NCBI GenBank assembly: GCA_963771075.1
Contig: CAVYSE010000003.1
Span: forward strand, 192,001-256,000
Source of the DNA: a candidate division FCPU426 bacterium
GTDB lineage: Bacteria; Oederibacteriota; Muellerivitia; Muellerivitales; Muellerivitaceae
Length of the DNA: 64,000 nt
Reading direction: 5' to 3'
Positions within the stretch are counted from its first letter, which is position 1. Every line of letters begins with the position of its first letter. Below the pieces are notes generated by a model. That model saw only the letters and a list, made by a program, of their open reading frames with translations, ran no database searches and was not told the DNA's origin. Positions 59,234 to 64,000 of this stretch are shown here, one piece after another. The position numbers and the translations under genes were made by a program.

Positions 59234-62200
59234 TTGAAGGGGAGGCGTCCCACGTTATCTCAAATTCAAATCCAAGTTCACCGTTCAGTTATTCTGATGG
59301 TTCTCATGCTTTGGGTAGGTTTGATCCCTTCTCTCTTCGCCCAAAATATTGCCTTTGTCACCACCAATGCGGGGGACGAAAGCGTCACGACCTTCGGCGG
59401 TTCCCTGGGTTATGCCGTCACCGCCTTAAACGCAACCGGAAATATCGGCAATATCGATTTCTTTTCCCCAAATCTTTCCATCACTCTCACCCAATCCTTA
59501 CCGGCCCTGACCGAAAGTGTTTCCTTTATTGGTACCAGCCCGACGATCATAGGCCAAACGGGCGCCCCCGCCCAGCTCCTGTTCCAAGATTCATTTATCC
59601 TTACGACCGGGCTCACCTTGGAGACCCTTGCTTCCCCCGTCACGGGGTATGACGCGTCAGTCACAGCCTCAAACTGGGACATCACGTCGGGAAACTTTTT
59701 AAACCTCAACTCCGGCGCGGGAAACGACCTGACCACGATCGGAGGAAACGCCGTAACTGGATATAGCGGTGGTACCGCGGCAGTGACCGTGAACACCTGG
59801 AGCTTGGATTCCTCCGCGGGAGTGGTGGTCAATGGGGGAAACGGTGGTTCGCTGACCGATACCAGTGGTTCAGGCGATCAGGGAGGTTATGGCGGCAACG
59901 CTCTTTTGACCGGAAATTCCATCACCCTGAACGGGGCATCCATTTTCCAGATAACGGGTGGCCGGGGTGGAACCGCTGCCGACAACGGCACGGGGACTCC
60001 CACCGGGGGTTTGGGTGGAACGAGTTCTATCGCGTTCACTTCCGTGGGGGACAACGGTTCCGCCATGTACATCAACGGTGGGCAGGGTGGCCTTGGCTCT
60101 ATGGGCGGGGATGGGGGGGCCGTTTCCCTCACCTTTAATTCCCTTACAGGAACCGGGGGCGCGATTATCCAATTGACGGGGGGAAACGGTGGAGCGGGAG
60201 CTTTCTCCGCGGGCAATGGAGGCATTGCCCTAGTCCAGGGTTCTTCCGCCACATTCACCGGATCTAATTTTTATTTAAAGGGAGGAAATGGGGGTGACTT
60301 GACCTCATCCACTGGGCCCTCCCCCGCATTGGGTGGCAATGGCGGAGACGCAGAATTAAACCTGTCATCCCTATCCTTGGACTCGTCCTCTTATGCGAGT
60401 CTCACGGGCGGCAATGGGGGTATCGGTGGTTCGCAGAATAGCGTGGGCCAGGGGGGCAATGGCGGCAATGTGGTCATGAATGTCGGTTCCATGACAACCA
60501 GCAACAACATGACCTTTTACATATCGGGTGGAACGGGCGGCGCGGATGGTAATAACGCCTCCAACGGAAACGGTGGCGCGGGAGGAAGCGCTTGGGTGAC
60601 CCTTTCCAGCCTGACCCTCGGCTTAAACTCGAATTTCAACGTCAATGCAGGCATGGGGGGGGCGGGAAGCCCCGGCGGGTCCAGCGGAGCCAACGGAACT
60701 TGCTCAGTGGCCATCACCAACCTTTACGGGAGTGGAAATATCAATTTAACCCCCGCTAACAACGGAACCCTTTGGCTCAACAGCGGGCTTTTCTCCGGCA
60801 ATATCGCAACCGCGAATCTCATTCAAAACTCGGGTTCCATCACCCTTGACGGGGCCACCAACCTTTCCTCCGGCGCCACCTTTTCAGGAAGCCTCTATGG
60901 TAGCGGCACGATCAGCACCACCACCGCGAGCGGAACGGTTCAAGTGGGCAATGGGCTTTACACGGGCAATCTGAATGCTGGAAATTTTTTAGTCTCAAGT
61001 TCGAATTTTTTCACCCTGAACGGAACCGCCAATGTATCCACAGGAGCCATCTTGAACGGATTCCTCATTTTGGGAAACTTAGGAGGTAATGGCGTCCTTC
61101 AAGGCTCCGTTAGCGTAGCGCAAGGAGGCGGGCTAATAGGTTACGGCACAGGAAGTACAGTCAATGGAACTGTCATCAATTCAGGATTAGTTGCTTGCGC
61201 CTATTTACCTATGACGGTTACCCAATTCATCCAAAACCCAGTTGGCACCCTTAATATCCCCATTGGCCCAAATAACATGTCCGGTTTATTACGGATCGCC
61301 AATGGCGCTCAATTAAACGGAGATCTCAACCCGAGTTATGCCGGGGGCAATTACGGTTTCCGGGATCAGTATCAAATCATATCTGGCGCTCCTGTCACGG
61401 GAACCTTTTCCCAAGTGCAAATATTCGTACCCGATATGGGCGGAACAGTCCTTTACGGCGCCGATGCGGTTACCCTCGTTTTAATTCAAGACCACACACC
61501 TTTTGGCTCCTACGCAATAAATACAAATGAAATGTCGGTGGGTTCCGCCTTGGAAGCATCTTTGCCAACCTGCTCCGATGCCTTTCTCGCCAAGGCCATT
61601 GAGTTAAACAACCTTCCCTCCGGACAGGCGACCGCCTTAAACCAAATGGGCGGGGTGGTTTACACCGCCCTACCGGAAGCCCTGATCGACCAAGTCCAAT
61701 TCGAGGATGGTTTGATCTTCAACCACCTGGGAACAGGCGCTTCGGCGTCTCCCAACCTGGCCCGGCTATCACTTTTGGGAAATTCATTGGGAGGATATGC
61801 TTCTTCCTCCTCGACACCCGGCTCCCAAACAATGGCCTCTTCCTCATCCGTTTCCCCCGGAGGATTTTGGCTGGAAACCGCCGACAGTTTCGGGTCTTCC
61901 AACGCGACCTCACAGGTATCTGGCTTCAACCTCTCCAACTTCGGGTTCATCGGCGGCTACGATTGGTACCTGGACCCCGCTTGGACCCTGGGGCTTTTGG
62001 GCGGATATCTTCAAACCGGCGTAAACCCGGCCGACGGTTCCGCAACGGCTAATATTTCCGGCACCCAATTCGGCCTCTACGGCAAGGGGACCTTCGACAA
62101 CTTCGACGTCGCGCTCCTGGGTGGCTATGTGGCGGACCAGTTCAACGTGTCTCGTACGGTGGTTTTAGGTTCGGACGTTAACAACCTCAACGGTTCCTAT

Positions 62201-62689
62201 GGCGGGGGTCAGTTCCAAGCCGCCCTGCAGATGGACCTACGCCTCAGCGACGCGGGTTCCACCTTCCGCCCATTTGGCGGCTTTCAATACGACCATCTCA
62301 CGGAAAATTCCTTTTCCGAAACCGGATCGGACAGTTTGGCCCTGTCACTTCCAGCTCTCGCCTATGATTCCGCCCGCGTATACGCGGGGTTGGAAGAAGC
62401 CTGGAAGTTCAGCCTGGGAGCCGACACCCAGCTTTCCCCCCGCCTTCACGCGACGATTAGCCAAGACCTCGCCAGCCTGAACCCCTCTCTCCGAACTGAT
62501 TTTGCAGGGGCACCGGATAACCCATTTTCAATCTCGGGTATCTCGCCGGATGGGACCAACTTTGGGATTGGGGGCGGCCTAAGCTTGGCCTTGGGCCCAG
62601 CGTTCAATTGTTTCGCCGACTTCGACGGACATTTCAGCTCAACCGGTAATTTAAGTACGATCAGCCTGGGGATGAATGTGGGGCTTTAA
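59234..62689 (+). CDS. Autotransporter with Gly-rich (GGxGG) passenger domain
   Basis: Signal peptide ending LFA|Q; repeated GG.GG beta-helix-like units; C-terminal barrel (G.D...D..W.LG..GGY, F.E.G.D.L.L); start approximate. Confidence 0.88.
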   Translation: MKGRRPTLSQIQIQVHRSVILMVLMLWVGLIPSLFAQNIAFVTTNAGDESVTTFGGSLGYAVTALNATGNIGNIDFFSPNLSITLTQSLPALTESVSFIGTSPTIIGQTGAPAQLLFQDSFILTTGLTLETLASPVTGYDASVTASNWDITSGNFLNLNSGAGNDLTTIGGNAVTGYSGGTAAVTVNTWSLDSSAGVVVNGGNGGSLTDTSGSGDQGGYGGNALLTGNSITLNGASIFQITGGRGGTAADNGTGTPTGGLGGTSSIAFTSVGDNGSAMYINGGQGGLGSMGGDGGAVSLTFNSLTGTGGAIIQLTGGNGGAGAFSAGNGGIALVQGSSATFTGSNFYLKGGNGGDLTSSTGPSPALGGNGGDAELNLSSLSLDSSSYASLTGGNGGIGGSQNSVGQGGNGGNVVMNVGSMTTSNNMTFYISGGTGGADGNNASNGNGGAGGSAWVTLSSLTLGLNSNFNVNAGMGGAGSPGGSSGANGTCSVAITNLYGSGNINLTPANNGTLWLNSGLFSGNIATANLIQNSGSITLDGATNLSSGATFSGSLYGSGTISTTTASGTVQVGNGLYTGNLNAGNFLVSSSNFFTLNGTANVSTGAILNGFLILGNLGGNGVLQGSVSVAQGGGLIGYGTGSTVNGTVINSGLVACAYLPMTVTQFIQNPVGTLNIPIGPNNMSGLLRIANGAQLNGDLNPSYAGGNYGFRDQYQIISGAPVTGTFSQVQIFVPDMGGTVLYGADAVTLVLIQDHTPFGSYAINTNEMSVGSALEASLPTCSDAFLAKAIELNNLPSGQATALNQMGGVVYTALPEALIDQVQFEDGLIFNHLGTGASASPNLARLSLLGNSLGGYASSSSTPGSQTMASSSSVSPGGFWLETADSFGSSNATSQVSGFNLSNFGFIGGYDWYLDPAWTLGLLGGYLQTGVNPADGSATANISGTQFGLYGKGTFDNFDVALLGGYVADQFNVSRTVVLGSDVNNLNGSYGGGQFQAALQMDLRLSDAGSTFRPFGGFQYDHLTENSFSETGSDSLALSLPALAYDSARVYAGLEEAWKFSLGADTQLSPRLHATISQDLASLNPSLRTDFAGAPDNPFSISGISPDGTNFGIGGGLSLALGPAFNCFADFDGHFSSTGNLSTISLGMNVGL

Positions 62690-62818
62690 CGAAGAAAATT
62701 CCTCGCAACAACTGCTGAACGAAAAGGTAAAATCAACCCTTTCCCATATGGTAAAAGCTGTTCGTTTGTTGGGTTTCGAAATTGTCTTGGATAAACTAAG
62801 AGGATGTAACAACCGTTC

Positions 62819-62892
62819 AACACAGAGGCACAGTTAAGAACTTGAAGAAACCTGAAAATAAGCAGGAATAAAAAAACGCGTCTTTGTGGTTA
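62819..62892. repeat. Degenerate copy of the CACAGAGGCACAG inverted-pair repeat
   Basis: AACACAGAGGCACAG ... CGCGTCTTTGTGGTT. Confidence 0.55.
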
Positions 62893-62950
62893 AAAGGTTT
62901 TATTACCGTCCTCTATACACAACTTATTCTCACCCGCAGGGGAGTTTGAT

Positions 62951-63409
62951 ATGAATTTGCAACAGGGATGGATGGAGCAACGCAAGCATGAACGCGTGGG
63001 CACCTCCATTAAGGTTTCGTACCGTGCGCTCGATAGCAAAGAAAGCTATGAGGCCCTTTCCCACCACCATTACTCCGAAACAAAAGTGGAACACCTGCCT
63101 CATCTCGCCAGTAAATTTCATGTTTATCACGCGGTGACCAAGGATATTTCGGAAGGCGGCCTTTCCTTGATCGGGGACAACCCCTTCCTGGTGGGATCTC
63201 ATGTGGAGATCATCATGATTCTTCCACCCTATAACCGCCCCTTAACCCTCTTGGCGGAAGTGGTAAGAGCCGGGGAATTTTTTCAATCCGGCAAACCCGC
63301 CTACAATGCCGGGGTGAAGTTGGTGGCGGTAAACCAGGAAGACGTCAAAAAATTATCGCAATTCATTTTGGCTGAAAAACTCCGCCAACAAGGCACCACC
63401 CGAAGCTGA
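62951..63409 (+). CDS. PilZ-domain c-di-GMP-binding protein
   Basis: RKHER (RxxxR) and DISEGG (DxSxxG) motifs. Confidence 0.85.
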   Translation: MNLQQGWMEQRKHERVGTSIKVSYRALDSKESYEALSHHHYSETKVEHLPHLASKFHVYHAVTKDISEGGLSLIGDNPFLVGSHVEIIMILPPYNRPLTLLAEVVRAGEFFQSGKPAYNAGVKLVAVNQEDVKKLSQFILAEKLRQQGTTRS

Positions 63410-63528
63410 AGCTTTTCACACTAGCCAAGGCATCAAGAAAAACAAATAAATGATTCAGGTTTAAGCCCTTTTCTCCATTCCAGCTTTTCGTAGACCTGTG
63501 TGCCTGGGTGGTAGATATTCTTCGATGT

Positions 63529-63942
63529 TTATTTCTTATCCGGAATAAAACTCACCGCGGCGGAATTGATGCAATAGCGTAACCCCGAAGGCGCTGGTCC
63601 ATCCTCGAAAACATGGCCAAGGTGCCCCCCACAGCGGGGGCAAAGCACTTCCGTCCGATCCATCCCGAATGAATGGTCTTCCTGAGTGGCAATATTTTCG
63701 GGGTAAACCGGTCCGAAAAAGCTGGGCCAGCCTGTTCCCGAGTTGAACTTGGTTTTGGATTGGAAAAGCTCCAGGCCGCAACCCGCGCAGACGTAAAGTC
63801 CGTTGTCGTGGTTGTTCCAATAGAGGCCCGTGCAGGCCCTTTCTGTGTCATGACCCCGCAAGATGCTGTACTGCTCGGGCGTCAATATCTTTTTCCATTC
63901 CGCATCGGTCTTCACCACCTTATCGCCTTTGTATTTCCCCAT
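63529..63942 (-). CDS. msrB: Peptide-methionine (R)-S-oxide reductase
   Basis: [47 protein letters not shown]. Confidence 0.96.
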   Translation of the reverse strand: MGKYKGDKVVKTDAEWKKILTPEQYSILRGHDTERACTGLYWNNHDNGLYVCAGCGLELFQSKTKFNSGTGWPSFFGPVYPENIATQEDHSFGMDRTEVLCPRCGGHLGHVFEDGPAPSGLRYCINSAAVSFIPDKK

Positions 63943-64000
63943 ATAGCACCTCACCTTTTCGATTGGTTCACTCTTCACCCTGGTCGAGAAAATAGCCGCA

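Overview
Bacterial chromosomal window from a diderm organism (TonB receptor, porin, autotransporter, outer-membrane barrel). GC content is moderately high. The Thr/Pro-repeat proteins with Por-like C-terminal domains suggest a poorly studied lineage, possibly FCPU426-like, but that is inference only. The left edge holds the start of a type I-E CRISPR-Cas operon on the minus strand: cas3, an embedded dinD-like gene, then cas8e. cas8e is split by a 560-bp IS200/IS605-family element (160-719) whose precise excision would restore the reading frame. No CRISPR array lies in the window. A second HUH (Y1) transposase sits in an exactly 1000-bp element bounded by perfect 25-bp terminal inverted repeats (43052-44051), which is unusual for this enzyme class. 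The rest holds housekeeping genes (nadB, GSIII, eno, hrpB, msrB, rubrerythrin), carbohydrate enzymes (frameshifted GH3, GH27, GT4, two GT-A paralogs) and large surface proteins. It also holds a putative sigma54/c-di-GMP signalling cluster (STAS, degenerate EAL, signal-less XylF-like protein, an unrecognised CGPWS-motif paralog pair) and several dispersed REP/MITE-like repeats.
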